Source of the DNA: an uncultured Actinomycetota bacterium
GTDB lineage: Bacteria > Actinomycetota > Actinomycetes > JAHEKZ01
Assembly: GCA_963743915.1 (NCBI GenBank)
Contig: CAVURN010000002.1
Span: 64,001-128,000, forward strand
Length of the DNA: 64,000 nt
Direction of reading: 5' to 3'
Part shown: one piece after another, positions 11,777 through 23,079 of the stretch
Position numbering within the stretch: the stretch's first letter is position 1
Layout of the letters: each line of letters starts with the position of its first letter
Position numbers and translations under genes: made by a program
Notes under the pieces: generated by a model
Databases searched by the model: none
Told to the model about the DNA's origin: nothing
Seen by the model: only the letters and a program-made list of their open reading frames with translations

Positions 11777-12966
11777 ATGAGGGTCGGGATCGTCTGCCCC
11801 TACGACTGGACGGTGCCGAGCGGCGTCGCGATCCATGTGCACGAGCTCGCGGAGGCGCTCCGGACCCTGGGGCTCGAGGTCGCGGTGCTGGCGCCGGGCG
11901 AGGAGTCCGAGGCGGTGCCCGACTTCGTGACGCTGGCCGGTCGCGCGGTCCCGGTGCCGTACAACGGGTCGGTGGCGCGGGTGCTGTTCGGTCCGCGTTC
12001 GGCCTCACGGGTCAGGCGGTGGATCCGGGAGGGCGACTTCGACGTGCTGCACGTGCACTCGCCGGTCACCCCGAGCCTGTCCATGCTCGCGTGCTGGTCG
12101 GCCCTCGGGCCCGATCGTCGCCACGTTCCACGCGGCGATCGACGGGCGGTCCAAGGCGCTCCGCGGCGGATCGTGGATCCTGCGCGCGACGCTCGAGAAG
12201 GTCCGGGCGCGGATCGCGGTGAGCGAGGAGGCGCGTCGAACCGTCGTCCAGCACCTCGGAGGCGACGCGGTCCTGGTGCCGAACGGGGTCGACGTGGCGC
12301 GCTTCGCCGGTGCGTCGGTGCGGACGGAGTGGACCGGACCGGCGACGTTGGCCTTCCTCGGCCGGGTCGACGAGCCACGGAAGGGCCTGCGAGGTGCTCC
12401 TTGCCGCCCTGCCCGGCATCGCCGAGGAGCATCCCGCCGTGCGCCTGTTGGTGGCGGGACCGGGGGAGACCGATGCCCTCGACGCGCTCCCCCGGACATC
12501 CGCCGGCGGGTGACGCTGCTCGGTCGGGTCTCGGAGCAGGAGAAGGCCGAGCTGCTGCGCTCGGTGTCGCTCTACGTCGCCCCGCACATCGGCGGCGAGT
12601 CGTTCGGGATCGTCCTCCTCGAGGCGATGTCGGCATCCACCGCGGTCCTGGCGAGCGACCTGGTCGCGTTCCGTGACGTCCTCGACGGCGGCCGCTGCGG
12701 TGAGCTGTTCACGACCGGCGACGCGGAGGCGCTCGTCCGCGGCGCGTGCGGGCTGCTCGCCGACGCCCCACGCCGCGACGAGCTGGCGGCCGTCGGGCAC
12801 GAGCGGGCCCTGGGCTACGACTGGTCCCGGGTCGCCCGCCAGGTGGTGGCGGTGTACGAGACGGTCACCGCAGGCGGCGAGAGGGTGCGCGAGGACGACC
12901 GCCAGGGACCGGGCCTGTTCGCCGGACGACTGCGCCCCTACCGCGAGGTCGGTGAGCACGCCATGA
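11777..12966 (+). CDS. pimA: GT4 phosphatidyl-myo-inositol mannosyltransferase, several frameshifts
   Basis: GIVCPYDW, VPYNGSVAR, EPRKG, ESFGIVLLEAM; probable stop overlaps next start (ATGA 12963-12966). Confidence 0.85.
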
Positions 12967-13532
12967 CCGCCGAGATCCTCGCCCTGGTCGTTGCCCTCCT
13001 CCTGGTGCTGACGCTCCTCTACGTGCGCGGGCTGGCCGGTCGCCTGGACCGCCTCCACCTGCGGGTGGACGCGGCGAGCGCCGCGCTCGAGACCAAGCTG
13101 GTGCAGCGGGCGGGGCTGGCCCGTGAGCTGGCGCTGAGTGGCTGGCTCGACCCGGCGAGCGCGGTGCTGCTGCTGGACGCTGCCCAGACCGCCGAGGCGG
13201 GAGTGCGGGGGACGGAGGGCATGGCGCGTGACGCCGCGCAGAGCGACCTCACCGCCGCTCTCCGTGCGGTCCTTGTCGACCCGGAGACGATCGTCGACCT
13301 GCAGGCGGACCCCGACGCCCGGGACCTGCTGGTCGAGCTCGCCGACGCGAGCCAGGGAGTCGTGCTCGCCCGCCGGTTCGCCAACGACGCCGTGCAGGCG
13401 GCAGTGGCGGTGCGCCGCCGGTGGCTGGTGCGGTCGCTGCACCTCGCGGGCCGGGCACCGTGGCCGGTCTCCCGCGAGATGGACGACGCGCCGCCGGAGT
13501 CGTTGGCCGAGATCACCCTGCGCGCCGCCTAG
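12963..13532 (+). CDS. Conserved actinobacterial membrane-anchored protein downstream of pimA
   Basis: N-terminal TM, RLDRLHLRVD, ARRFANDAV...LAGRAP pattern typical of this position. Confidence 0.7.
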   Translation: MTAEILALVVALLLVLTLLYVRGLAGRLDRLHLRVDAASAALETKLVQRAGLARELALSGWLDPASAVLLLDAAQTAEAGVRGTEGMARDAAQSDLTAALRAVLVDPETIVDLQADPDARDLLVELADASQGVVLARRFANDAVQAAVAVRRRWLVRSLHLAGRAPWPVSREMDDAPPESLAEITLRAA

Positions 13533-13541
13533 CCTGGTGGC

Positions 13542-14588
13542 ATGAGTCCTTCCCGAGGTGCGGTGGCCCGCGACGTCCTGCCCAAGGGCATGGTGGTCGG
13601 CCTCGCCGCCTCTGTGCTGCTGTCCAGTGCCGTCCTGACGGCGTGCAGCGCCGAGGACGCCGAGCCGGTGGCGGTCACCTCTCCGACGCCCTCGGCGTCG
13701 CCGACCTCGACGCCTGAGCCGCCCACCACGTTGCTGTCCGGCCGACCGGGCAAGGACCACCGGGTGCTCGCGGTCAAGATCGACAACACCGTGAACAGCC
13801 ACCCGCAGAGCGGTCTGATGGCTGCGGACGTCATCTACGTCGAAGAGGTCGAGTGGGGCCTGACCAGGTTCATGGCGGTCTTCTCCTCCCGCTACCCCAA
13901 GCAGGTCGGGCCGATCCGGAGCGCCCGCGAGACCGACATCGAGCTGCTGGCGCAGTACGGCAAGGTCGCGTTCTCGGCGTCCGGTGGGCAGCCGGCCGTG
14001 CTCAACGCGGTCAATGCGGCGCCGTTGTACCCCGTCACGAACATCGGGGGGACGCCCGGGTACACCCGAACCGAGCGCCCAGCCCCGTGGGACCTGTTCG
14101 CGCAGCCGAAGCAGCTGCTCAAGAGCGCTCCGAAGGCAGCCAAGGCCAAGGACATCGGCTTCCGCTTCGACGAAGTGGTGCCGAAGGGCGGAAAGCGCAG
14201 CAAGGGCTTCACGGTCACGTGGCCGTACTCCGAGGCGCGGTTCGCCTGGTCACCGAAGGAGGATCGGTGGCTGCTGTGGTCCGACGGCAGCGCCGCCATG
14301 AGCACGGAGGGCCCCCAGCTCGGCGGGACCACCGTGATCGTCCAGAGCGTCGACGCCTATCCGTCCGACCTCGGGGACCGCTACGGAGGCGTCACCCCGT
14401 TCACCGACACGGTCGGCAAGGGGAAGGCGTGGCTCTTCCGGGACGGGCGGAAATGGCCCATCACCTGGTCCCGGCCCAAGGCCGAGTCGGGCACGATCTG
14501 GCGGTTCCGCGGGGAGCGCATCCCGTTCGACCCGGGTCAGGTGTGGGTGCTGCTGCTCGACAACGACCGCAAGCCCGTGATCCGGTAG
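13542..14588 (+). CDS. DUF3048 (YerB-like) lipoprotein
   Basis: Lipobox LTAC; AVKIDN, PQSGLMAADVIYVEEVE, GPIRSAR. Confidence 0.85.
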   Translation: MSPSRGAVARDVLPKGMVVGLAASVLLSSAVLTACSAEDAEPVAVTSPTPSASPTSTPEPPTTLLSGRPGKDHRVLAVKIDNTVNSHPQSGLMAADVIYVEEVEWGLTRFMAVFSSRYPKQVGPIRSARETDIELLAQYGKVAFSASGGQPAVLNAVNAAPLYPVTNIGGTPGYTRTERPAPWDLFAQPKQLLKSAPKAAKAKDIGFRFDEVVPKGGKRSKGFTVTWPYSEARFAWSPKEDRWLLWSDGSAAMSTEGPQLGGTTVIVQSVDAYPSDLGDRYGGVTPFTDTVGKGKAWLFRDGRKWPITWSRPKAESGTIWRFRGERIPFDPGQVWVLLLDNDRKPVIR

Positions 14589-14657
14589 GCGTCGGACGGC
14601 CCCGTCCCCGTACCATGGGGGGACATCCGTGGGCGTCGCCCACTGTCGTCCCGTCCC

Positions 14658-15611
14658 GTGAGGTTCCCCGTGCCCGCCAGCGAGAACTCAGCCAGCGAGA
14701 ACTCGGCCAACGAGAGCTCAGCCACCACCCCCCAGCTCGGCACGTCGCGCGTCAAGCGCGGCATGGCCGAGATGCTCAAGGGCGGAGTGATCATGGACGT
14801 GGTCACGCCCGACCAGGCCAAGATCGCCGAGGACGCCGGCGCCGTCGCCGTCATGGCCCTCGAGCGGGTGCCCGCGGACATCCGCAAGGACGGCGGTGTC
14901 GCGCGCATGTCCGACCCGGACATGATCGACGGCATCATCGAGGCCGTCTCCATCCCCGTCATGGCGAAGGCCCGCATCGGTCACTTCGTCGAGGCGCAGG
15001 TGCTGCAGGCACTGGGTGTCGACTACGTCGACGAGTCCGAGGTGCTGACCCCTGCGGACGAGAAGCTGCACATCGACAAGTGGCAGTTCACAGTGCCGTT
15101 CGTGTGCGGTGCGACCAACCTGGGTGAGGCGCTGCGGCGGATCGCCGAAGGTGCGGCGATGATCCGCTCCAAGGGCGAGGCCGGAACCGGCAACGTCGTC
15201 GAGGCCACCCGCCACATGCGCCAGATGCTGGGAGACATCCGCCGGGTCCAGGGCCTCGGCGAGGAGGAGCTCTTCAACACCGCCAAGGAGCTCGGTGCCC
15301 CGTACGAGCTGGTGCGCGAGGTGCACGACTCCGGCAGGCTTCCCGTCGTGATGTTCACCGCCGGCGGTCTCGCCACCCCGGCGGACGCGGCGATGATGAT
15401 GCAGCTCGGTGCCGAAGGCGTGTTCGTCGGCTCAGGCATCTTCAAGTCGGGCGACCCGGCCAAGCGCGCCAACGCGATCGTCCAGGCCACGCTGCACTAC
15501 GACAACCCCGACGTCATCGCCAAGGTGTCCCGGGGCCTCGGCGAGGCGATGGTCGGCATCAACATCGACACGCTGCCCGAGTCCGAGCGGTACGCCGGCC
15601 GGGGATGGTGA
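14658..15611 (+). CDS. pdxS: Pyridoxal 5'-phosphate synthase lyase subunit
   Basis: [32 protein letters not shown]. Confidence 0.97.
   Translation: MRFPVPASENSASENSANESSATTPQLGTSRVKRGMAEMLKGGVIMDVVTPDQAKIAEDAGAVAVMALERVPADIRKDGGVARMSDPDMIDGIIEAVSIPVMAKARIGHFVEAQVLQALGVDYVDESEVLTPADEKLHIDKWQFTVPFVCGATNLGEALRRIAEGAAMIRSKGEAGTGNVVEATRHMRQMLGDIRRVQGLGEEELFNTAKELGAPYELVREVHDSGRLPVVMFTAGGLATPADAAMMMQLGAEGVFVGSGIFKSGDPAKRANAIVQATLHYDNPDVIAKVSRGLGEAMVGINIDTLPESERYAGRGW
14676..14720 (+). repeat. 15-bp tandem repeat x3 (ASENS-like units) in pdxS 5' region
   Basis: GCCAGCGAGAACTCA / GCCAGCGAGAACTCG / GCCAACGAGAGCTCA. Confidence 0.8.
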
Positions 15612-16249
15612 CGTCCACCTCGGCGCACCCCTCCTCCGACCCCTCCGACTCCCCGGTGATCGGGGTGCTCGGTCTGCAGGGCGACGTCCGTGAGCACGAG
15701 GTGGTGCTGACCGACTGCGGGGCGACCACGCGGCGGGTGCGCACGGTCGAGGACCTCGCGCAGGTCGAGGCACTGGTGATTCCCGGTGGCGAGTCGACGA
15801 CGATGAGCAAGCTCGCGGTCGACTTCGGGCTGATCGAGCCGCTGCGCAAGGCTCGCGAGTCGGGGATGCCCATGTACGGGTCGTGCGCCGGCATGATCAT
15901 GCTCGCCGACCGGCTCGAGGACGGACGTCCGGACCAGCAGACCATCGGTGGCATCGACATGGTCGTGCGCCGGAACGCCTTCGGCCGACAGGTCGACTCG
16001 TTCGAGGCAGACCTGGCGATGCCCGCCCTCGAAGGGGATCCCGTCCACGCGGTGTTCATCCGGGCCCCCTGGGTGGAGCAGGTCGGGCAACAGGTCGAGG
16101 TGCTCGGCCGCGTCGAGGCCGGGCCGGCCGCCGGTAGGATCGTCGCGGTTCGACAGGGCCCGCTCGTGGCCACGTCCTTCCACCCTGAGCTCACCGGCGA
16201 CCATCGAGTGCACGAGTACTTCGTGAGGATCGTCCGCTCCCGGCGCTGA
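15605..16249 (+). CDS. pdxT: PLP synthase glutaminase subunit
   Basis: [31 protein letters not shown]. Confidence 0.96.
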   Translation: MVTSTSAHPSSDPSDSPVIGVLGLQGDVREHEVVLTDCGATTRRVRTVEDLAQVEALVIPGGESTTMSKLAVDFGLIEPLRKARESGMPMYGSCAGMIMLADRLEDGRPDQQTIGGIDMVVRRNAFGRQVDSFEADLAMPALEGDPVHAVFIRAPWVEQVGQQVEVLGRVEAGPAAGRIVAVRQGPLVATSFHPELTGDHRVHEYFVRIVRSRR

Positions 16250-16277
16250 CCACGCACGACCGAATGAGGAGCCCCGC

Positions 16278-17027
16278 ATGTCCGGCCACTCCAAATGGGC
16301 CACGACCAAGCACAAGAAGGCCGTGATCGACGCCCGGCGCGGCAAGCTCTTCGCCAAGCTCATCAAGAACATCGAGGTCGCGGCGCGCACCGGCGGTGGT
16401 GACCCGGCGGGCAACCCGACTCTCTACGACGCGATCCAGAAGGCGAAGAAGAGCTCGGTCCCCAACGACAACATCGACCGCGCGGTCAAGCGCGGCTCGG
16501 GTGCAGAGGCGGGCGGCGCGGACTATCAGACGATCATGTACGAGGGCTACGGGCCCAACGGGGTCGCCGTGCTGATCGAGTGCCTGACGGACAACCGCAA
16601 CCGCGCGGCGTCCGACGTGCGCGTCGCGATGACACGCAACGGGGGGTCGATGGCCGACCCCGGCTCGGTGTCGTACCTGTTCGCGCGCAAGGGCATCGTG
16701 CTGGTGCCGCGGGCGGACCTGGCAGAGGACGACGTGCTGACGGCCGTGCTGGACGCCGGCGCGGAGGAGGTCAACGACCTCGGCGAGACCTTCGAGGTGG
16801 TCAGCGAACCCACCGACCTGGTCGCGGTGCGGACCGCGTTGCAGGACGCAGGGATCGACTATGAGTCCGCAGAGGCGTCGTTCGTCCCCAGCGTCACGGT
16901 GCCGCTCGACGAGACCGGTGCCAGCAAGCTGTTCCGGCTGATCGAGGCGCTCGAGGACTCCGACGACGTGCAGAACGTGTGGGCCAACTTCGACGTCTCC
17001 GACGAAGTCATGGAGAAGGTGGGCTAG
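16278..17027 (+). CDS. yebC: YebC/PmpR family protein
   Basis: [35 protein letters not shown]. Confidence 0.95.
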   Translation: MSGHSKWATTKHKKAVIDARRGKLFAKLIKNIEVAARTGGGDPAGNPTLYDAIQKAKKSSVPNDNIDRAVKRGSGAEAGGADYQTIMYEGYGPNGVAVLIECLTDNRNRAASDVRVAMTRNGGSMADPGSVSYLFARKGIVLVPRADLAEDDVLTAVLDAGAEEVNDLGETFEVVSEPTDLVAVRTALQDAGIDYESAEASFVPSVTVPLDETGASKLFRLIEALEDSDDVQNVWANFDVSDEVMEKVG

Positions 17028-17038
17028 CTTCCGCGAGG

Positions 17039-18358
17039 TCAGGGAGCTGAGCGCCAGCCGCGGGAGCAGTGCTGGCCGAGCTGCTGTCCGTCCGGGCCGC
17101 CAAAGGTGAGGGTGCCGTTGGCCCCCGCGATGGGGGCGACGGGGGTGATGGTCCAACCGCCTTCGTGGACCTGGCGGTGGTGGTGGCGGCAGAGCAAGAG
17201 CCCGTTGGCCAGGTCGGACTGACCTCCGTGTGCCCACGGAATGAGGTGGTGGGCGTCGGTGTGCACCGACGGCCGGCCGCAGCCGGGGAACCGGCAGCCG
17301 TCGTCGCGGGTCGCGAGGGCCCGGCGTTGCGCCGGCGTGAAGACACGCACCGCCCGTCCGAGGTCGAGCGGGATGCCGGCCGGATCGAGCAGCAGCCGTT
17401 GGACCGTGGCGTCGCACGCGAGGCGGCTCGTGCTGGCCGGGGTGAGCCAGACCGGCATGTTCGCGGCGCCTGAGATCTTGGCGGGCTCTGTCTGCTCACC
17501 GGTGAGAGTCGCAAGGTCCACCTCGACCTGCAGCGCAGCAGTGGATCCGGACAGCGTCGGCAGCTCACCGGAACGAACGGCAACGGCGACGAGCTCGGCA
17601 AGTCCGTCGGCGCGTCGCTGGTCGGACGTCCGGGTGTCGTCGGGGCCGGTGGGCACCAGGAAGGGTGCGAGCGCGGCCGACAGGCTCGCCGCTGACTCTG
17701 CGTCGAGGACGCCGTCGATCGAGTGCATGCCGTCCAGCATCGGCGCGAGGCTGAGCCACCGCCGCCCGTAGTCCTCCTCGGCGTGCCGCGCCGACCCGTC
17801 GGGATCGACCACGTGACGCAGGTGTCGGCCCGCGCTGCGCAGCTCGTCGACGGTGAGACGGGTGCCCAGCTCGGTCAGAGCCCCGACGCCCTCGGGGCGG
17901 GTGGAGGGTGGAAGTGCGCGGGCGGTGCGATGGATGGTGCGCAGGTGCTCATACGAGAGGTGACCGTCGGACGACTCCGCCGTACCACCCGCGTGGTCTC
18001 GAGGGTCTGCCACCAGCGCTGCGACCGGTCCGGCCAACAGGTCGCCAGCGGTGCGAGCGATCCGTACCCGCTCGGACGCCTCGCCCGCTGCCAGGCCAAG
18101 CGCCCCGCGGAGCCATGCCTGCGACGATGCAGCAGCGTGCAGCACCTCACCGTCTCCACGCGCGTCGAAGTCGGCCAGCACCGCGGTGAACGCTGCCTCG
18201 GCGGCGTCGACCACCAGCCGTAGCCCGGCCAGCCAGGCGGCTCGCTCCTCGGGGGTTCTGGGCGCGCCGTCCGATGCCCCGGACGCACGCTCAGCCAACA
18301 GGCGAGCGCCCGCAAGGACGTCAGCGACCTGCGGCGGCAGTGCGGGGGTGGGGAGCAC
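17039..18358 (-). CDS. DUF222 + HNH endonuclease (13E12/REP13E12-like)
   Basis: QRRADGL, RLACDA, RDDGCRFPGC, DAHHLIPW..GG.SDLANGLLLCRHHH..VH; true start may be ATG 18488 with a frameshift. Confidence 0.9.
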   Translation of the reverse strand: MLPTPALPPQVADVLAGARLLAERASGASDGAPRTPEERAAWLAGLRLVVDAAEAAFTAVLADFDARGDGEVLHAAASSQAWLRGALGLAAGEASERVRIARTAGDLLAGPVAALVADPRDHAGGTAESSDGHLSYEHLRTIHRTARALPPSTRPEGVGALTELGTRLTVDELRSAGRHLRHVVDPDGSARHAEEDYGRRWLSLAPMLDGMHSIDGVLDAESAASLSAALAPFLVPTGPDDTRTSDQRRADGLAELVAVAVRSGELPTLSGSTAALQVEVDLATLTGEQTEPAKISGAANMPVWLTPASTSRLACDATVQRLLLDPAGIPLDLGRAVRVFTPAQRRALATRDDGCRFPGCGRPSVHTDAHHLIPWAHGGQSDLANGLLLCRHHHRQVHEGGWTITPVAPIAGANGTLTFGGPDGQQLGQHCSRGWRSAP

Positions 18359-18478
18359 GAGGGCCAGAACCTTCCACGACGACAGCGGGTGTGCTGCCCT
18401 GACCAGGGGACCGGTGCCGGGGTCGCGTCGTGGGTGCAGCTGAGTGTCTCAGTGAGTCGGTTCCGGCATGTGCTCTAT

Positions 18479-18494
18479 TCGAACACATGTTCGA
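18479..18494. promoter_or_regulatory. LexA (SOS) box
   Basis: TCGAACACATGTTCGA, perfect match to actinobacterial TCGAAC-N4-GTTCGA. Confidence 0.9.
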
Positions 18495-18522
18495 TAGTAC
18501 GGGGTTCGCGGTCACCGGTCAA
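18494..18522 (-). promoter_or_regulatory. Housekeeping-sigma promoter for the DUF222/HNH gene
   Basis: TTGACC-N17-TACTAT on minus strand, abutting the LexA box. Confidence 0.7.
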
Positions 18523-18633
18523 GCCTTGTGGGCAACAGATCTGAGGGAATCTGCAGCCGTCGAGAGGGCGCGGGTGGCGGCGTCGCGGGCGTGTCGACAT
18601 CGCGGCTCACGCGCACGGCCGGGTAGCGTTCGG

Positions 18634-18649
18634 TCGAACACCTGTTCGC
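18634..18649. promoter_or_regulatory. LexA box upstream of ruvC
   Basis: TCGAACACCTGTTCGC (one mismatch), just after a TAGCGT -10-like hexamer. Confidence 0.8.
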
Positions 18650-18678
18650 CCTGGCTGGAGCGTCCGAAGGAGACCCGC

Positions 18679-19215
18679 GTGCGTGTGCTCGGCGTCGACC
18701 CCGGCCTGACCCGGTGCGGGCTCGGGGTGGTCGACGGCGCACCAGGGCGTCGACTCACCCTCGTCGAGGTCTCCGTGGCTCGTTCCGACGCGGACGAGCC
18801 GCTCGAGCAGCGACTGCTCACCATCGAGTGCGCGGTGGACGAGGTGCTCGACCGGGTCGCCCCCGATGCGGTGGCCGTCGAGCGGGTCTTCAGCCAGCAC
18901 AACGTCCGGACGGTCATGGGCGTCGCGCAGGTCAGCGGGGTCGTGCTCGCTGCGGCGGCCCGTCGGGGGTTGCCAGTGGCCCTGCACACGCCCAGCGAGG
19001 TGAAGGCGGCCGTCACCGGGCACGGACGGGCAGAGAAGGCGCAGGTGGGGGCGATGGTGGCGCGGCTGCTCGGCCTCGACGACGCACCGAAGCCGGCGGA
19101 CGCCGCGGACGCCCTGGCGCTGGCGATCTGTCATGTCTGGCGCGGATCGGCGCAGACCCGGCTCGTCGAGGCGGTGGCGGCTCACACGGCGTCTGCGCGT
19201 GCGGGGACGCGATGA
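18679..19215 (+). CDS. ruvC: Holliday junction resolvase RuvC
   Basis: [32 protein letters not shown]. Confidence 0.96.
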   Translation: MRVLGVDPGLTRCGLGVVDGAPGRRLTLVEVSVARSDADEPLEQRLLTIECAVDEVLDRVAPDAVAVERVFSQHNVRTVMGVAQVSGVVLAAAARRGLPVALHTPSEVKAAVTGHGRAEKAQVGAMVARLLGLDDAPKPADAADALALAICHVWRGSAQTRLVEAVAAHTASARAGTR

Positions 19216-19859
19216 TCGCGTCGGTGCGTGGGACCGTGCTCGAGGTGACGGCGGAACGAGCCGTGATCGAGGTGGGAGGGCTCGGTCTGGCCGTGCAGTG
19301 CGCGCCGAACACGCTCGTCGGGCTCCGGCGGGGTGAGCCTGCGACCGTGCACACCGCGCTGGTGGTGCGGGAGGACTCCCTGACACTGTTCGGCTTCGCT
19401 GACGCCGACGAGCGCGCGGTCTTCGAGATCCTGCAGACGGTGAGCGGTGTGGGCCCCCGGTTGGCGCAGGCGATGCTGGGAGCACTGCGTCCGGACGCCC
19501 TGCGGCAGATCGTCGCGCGCGAGGACGTCACCGCACTGACGCAGGTGCCGGGCATCGGCAAGAAGGGCGCCCAGCGGCTCGTCCTCGAGCTCAAGGACAA
19601 GCTCGGGGCACCGGGCGGGGATGTCGGCGTCGCGACGACCGCGGGTGCGGCCGGTGCAGGGGCCGGCGCGACCGGGTGGCGTCCGCAGGTGCACGCGGCT
19701 CTGGTGGGTCTCGGCTGGCCGCCCCGCGAGGCGGAGGCGGCGCTGAGCGTGGTCGCCGACGAGTACGGACCTGAGGCCGACGAGATGGACGTGGGCGTCC
19801 TGCTCCGGACCGCCCTGCGCGCCATGAGCGGGTCGGTCAGCTCACCGAGCGGTCGGTGA
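19212..19859 (+). CDS. ruvA: Holliday junction branch migration protein RuvA
   Basis: [31 protein letters not shown]. Confidence 0.96.
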   Translation: MIASVRGTVLEVTAERAVIEVGGLGLAVQCAPNTLVGLRRGEPATVHTALVVREDSLTLFGFADADERAVFEILQTVSGVGPRLAQAMLGALRPDALRQIVAREDVTALTQVPGIGKKGAQRLVLELKDKLGAPGGDVGVATTAGAAGAGAGATGWRPQVHAALVGLGWPPREAEAALSVVADEYGPEADEMDVGVLLRTALRAMSGSVSSPSGR

Positions 19860-20954
19860 CGCGGATGAGCGGCGACCGTCCGTCCGGTGACGACAGCCCG
19901 GTCATCGACCCCAACGCCCAGCAGGACGAGGGCGCGATCGAGGCCGCCCTGCGGCCCAAGCACCTCGAGGAGTTCGTGGGTCAGCAGCGGGTGCGCGAGC
20001 AGCTCGGGCTGGTGCTGTCCGCGGCGCACGGACGCGGGGCGGCGCCCGACCACGTGCTGCTCTCCGGTCCGCCCGGTCTCGGCAAGACCACCTTGGCCAT
20101 GATCATCGCTGCCGAGCTCGGACAGCCGCTCCGCATCTCGAGCGGCCCGGCGATCCAGCATGCCGGCGACCTCGCCGCGGTGCTGTCGTCGCTGGCTGAG
20201 GGCGAGGTCTTCTTCCTCGACGAGATCCACCGGATGGCCAGGCCGGCCGAGGAGATGCTGTACCTCGCCATGGAGGACTTCCGGGTGGACGTGGTCATCG
20301 GCAAGGGTCCCGGCGCCACGGCGATCCCGCTCGAGCTGCCGCCGTTCACCCTGGTCGGGGCAACGACCCGAGCCGGCCTGCTGCCCGGTCCGCTGCGCGA
20401 CCGCTTCGGGTTCACCGCGCACCTCGACTTCTACGAGGTCGACGAGCTCACGTCGATCCTGGTGCGTTCCGCTGAGCTGCTCTCGGTGCCGCTCGAGTCT
20501 GAGGGCGCCACCGAGATCGCAAGCCGCTCCCGCGGCACGCCGCGCGTCGCGAACCGGTTGCTGCGTCGGGTCCGTGACTTCGCCGAGGTCCGCGGCTCGG
20601 GCGTCGTCGACCTGGCCACGGCCCGCGCGGCGCTGGCGATCTACGACGTCGACGCGATCGGACTGGACCGGCTCGACCGATCGGTGCTCGAGGCGCTGGT
20701 GCGCAAGTTCGGGGGAGGTCCGGTCGGGCTCAGCACCCTGGCCGTCGCGGTCGGCGAGGAGCGCGAGACGGTCGAGGAGGTCGCCGAGCCCTACCTGGTC
20801 CGGGCCGGGCTCCTCGCCCGGACGCCACGCGGCCGGGTGGCCACACCCGCGGCGTGGGAGCATCTCGGGATGAACCCGCCTTCACCCACCACCGCAGGCG
20901 CGATGACCTCGCTGTTCGACGTCGGCGCCTGCGGACGAGGAGCCGACGGCATGA
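19856..20954 (+). CDS. ruvB: Holliday junction helicase RuvB (reads in frame into yajC in this assembly)
   Basis: [27 protein letters not shown]; probable true stop TGA 20952-20954 in +1 frame. Confidence 0.93.
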
Positions 20955-21241
20955 GCGACGTCCTCTACCTGTTGGTGCTGGTCGCCCCCCTGGTCGGCAT
21001 CTGGCTGTTGCTGATCCGGCCGGCCCAGCGACGTTCTCAGGAGGCCGCCGCGCTGGCGGCGGCCGTCCAGGTCGGGCAGGAGGTCGTCACCACCAGCGGC
21101 CTCTTCGGGCGGATCACTGCGCTCGACGAGAGCACGGTGCAGCTGCTGGTGGCGCCGGGGGTCGAGCTGCGCTTCGACCGCCGGGCGATCGGCCGGGTCG
21201 TCGGCGGCCAGATGCCCGAGGGCGACGTCCCACCGGCCTAG
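20951..21241 (+). CDS. yajC: Preprotein translocase subunit YajC
   Basis: RBS GAGGAG, TM helix then [12 protein letters not shown]; precedes secD. Confidence 0.85.
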   Translation: MSDVLYLLVLVAPLVGIWLLLIRPAQRRSQEAAALAAAVQVGQEVVTTSGLFGRITALDESTVQLLVAPGVELRFDRRAIGRVVGGQMPEGDVPPA

Positions 21242-21371
21242 GCTTCCTGGAGGACACGCTCACCCTGTGCGGTTCGGCCGGGGCGCGTCAGGGATACTTC
21301 CGGGGCTGTCGCTGCACAGCGCCCGGAGCACGCCGGGCGTCCGGCGGGGGCGATGAAGCGGAGGACTCGAC

Positions 21372-23078
21372 GTGGCAACACCCACGAGCACACGACCGGG
21401 CCGGGCCCTGCTCGTGCTGCTGGTCATCGCGGTGGCGATGGGCGGCTGGATGCTGTGGAAGGGCGTGAACACCCCGCGGCTGGGCCTGGACCTGCAGGGG
21501 GGGACCACGGTGACGCTGGTCCCGTCGCCGGCGCCGGGGGAGACCGGGACGATCACCGACGAGGCGATCGACCAGGCGGTCCAGATCATCGCCGCCCGCG
21601 TCAACGGCTTCGGTGTCGCTGAGGCCGAGGTCTCGGCGCAGGGTCGCGGTGAGAACGCCGTCATCGTGGTCTCGGTGCCCGGCGCGACGGAGAGCGACCT
21701 GGTCGACCAGCTCGGACAGACGGCCCGCCTGGGCTTCCGACCCGTGCTCGACGCCCAGCCGGCCGGCGCCGTGCCCACGCCGTCGCCGAGTCCGACGAAG
21801 GACAAGAAGAACAACCAGGGGGCGAACGGCTCGCTCGTGCCGAGACTCATGCCGGGAACCGCGACAGATGCCTCGGCCGCAAGCGACACGCGCGCCGGGA
21901 AGAACGACCCGAGCCCGTCACCGACCCCGACGCAGACGACCGACCCAGCAGCAGCTCCGACCGCAGACGGACAGCCGCCGGCCGAGCTGCAGCAGCGGTA
22001 CCTCGAGCTCGACTGCACTGACCCCGAGAGCCAGCAGGTGGGTGCGGAGTTCGCGGACGACCAGTACGCGATCGCCTGTGACCGGAACGGGGCCGAGAAG
22101 TTTCTGCTCGGCCCGGTGGCAGTTCCGGGGTCGGACGTCGAGAGCGCGCAGGCCGGGCTGGACTCGCAGAACGCGTCCGGGTGGATCGTGCAGCTCGACT
22201 TCAACGGGGAGGGCACCAAGACCTTCGGTGCGATCACCGCCGAGATGGCCACGCAGCCACCGGACAGCCCGGGCAACCGGTTCGCGATCGTCCTGGACGG
22301 GGTGGTCATCTCCGCACCAGGTGTCAACGAGGCGATCCCCGGGGGGCAGGCGCAGATCTCCGGTCGGTTCACCCAGGCTGAGGCGACCGATCTGGCCAAC
22401 GTTCTGAAGTACGGAGCGCTGCCGCTCACCTTCGAGATCGGTGAGCGCAACACGGTGTCGCCAACGCTCGGCGAGGAGCAGCTCCAGGCGGGCCTGATCG
22501 CGGGAGGCCTCGGCCTGATCCTGGTCGTTGTCTACCTGCTGCTGTACTACCGCGCGCTCGCGTTGGTCGCCGTGGCCAGCCTCGTCATCGCCGGCGCGCT
22601 CACCTACGCGACCGTCGTGATCCTCGGCGAGACGATCGGGTTCGCGCTGACGTTGGCGGGGGTGGCGGGTCTGATCGTGGCGATCGGAATCACCGCCGAC
22701 TCGTTCATCGTCTATTTCGAACGCATCCGCGACGAGGTGCGCGACGGCAGGTCGGTCCGGGCGGCGCTCGAGGCCGGCTGGATCCGCGCGCGGCGGACCA
22801 TCGTCGCCGCCGACTTCATCTCGCTGATCGCAGCGGTGGTGCTGTACGTGCTGTCGGTGGGGAGTGTGCGGGGGTTCGCCTTCACGCTCGGCCTGACGAC
22901 GGTCATCGACCTCCTGGTCGTCTTCCTCTTCACCAAGCCGGTCGTGACGCTGCTGGCGCGTACCCGCTTCTTCAGCGGCGGCAGCAAGTGGTCGGGGCTC
23001 TCCATCGAACGTCTCGGGGGTCGGGCTCCGACGCCTACGGCGCAGCGACCCGGACGTCGCACGGCGAAGGAGGCCTGA
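21372..23078 (+). CDS. secD: Protein translocase subunit SecD
   Basis: LGLDLQGG, FAIVLDG, LKYGALP, ADSFIVYFERI. Confidence 0.96.
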   Translation: MATPTSTRPGRALLVLLVIAVAMGGWMLWKGVNTPRLGLDLQGGTTVTLVPSPAPGETGTITDEAIDQAVQIIAARVNGFGVAEAEVSAQGRGENAVIVVSVPGATESDLVDQLGQTARLGFRPVLDAQPAGAVPTPSPSPTKDKKNNQGANGSLVPRLMPGTATDASAASDTRAGKNDPSPSPTPTQTTDPAAAPTADGQPPAELQQRYLELDCTDPESQQVGAEFADDQYAIACDRNGAEKFLLGPVAVPGSDVESAQAGLDSQNASGWIVQLDFNGEGTKTFGAITAEMATQPPDSPGNRFAIVLDGVVISAPGVNEAIPGGQAQISGRFTQAEATDLANVLKYGALPLTFEIGERNTVSPTLGEEQLQAGLIAGGLGLILVVVYLLLYYRALALVAVASLVIAGALTYATVVILGETIGFALTLAGVAGLIVAIGITADSFIVYFERIRDEVRDGRSVRAALEAGWIRARRTIVAADFISLIAAVVLYVLSVGSVRGFAFTLGLTTVIDLLVVFLFTKPVVTLLARTRFFSGGSKWSGLSIERLGGRAPTPTAQRPGRRTAKEA

Positions 23079-23079
23079 C

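Noticed and set aside
19856-21241. RuvB-YajC fusion ORF
   Set aside because: yajC has its own RBS and an ATGA overlap gives ruvB a stop in the +1 frame, consistent with the window's indel errors
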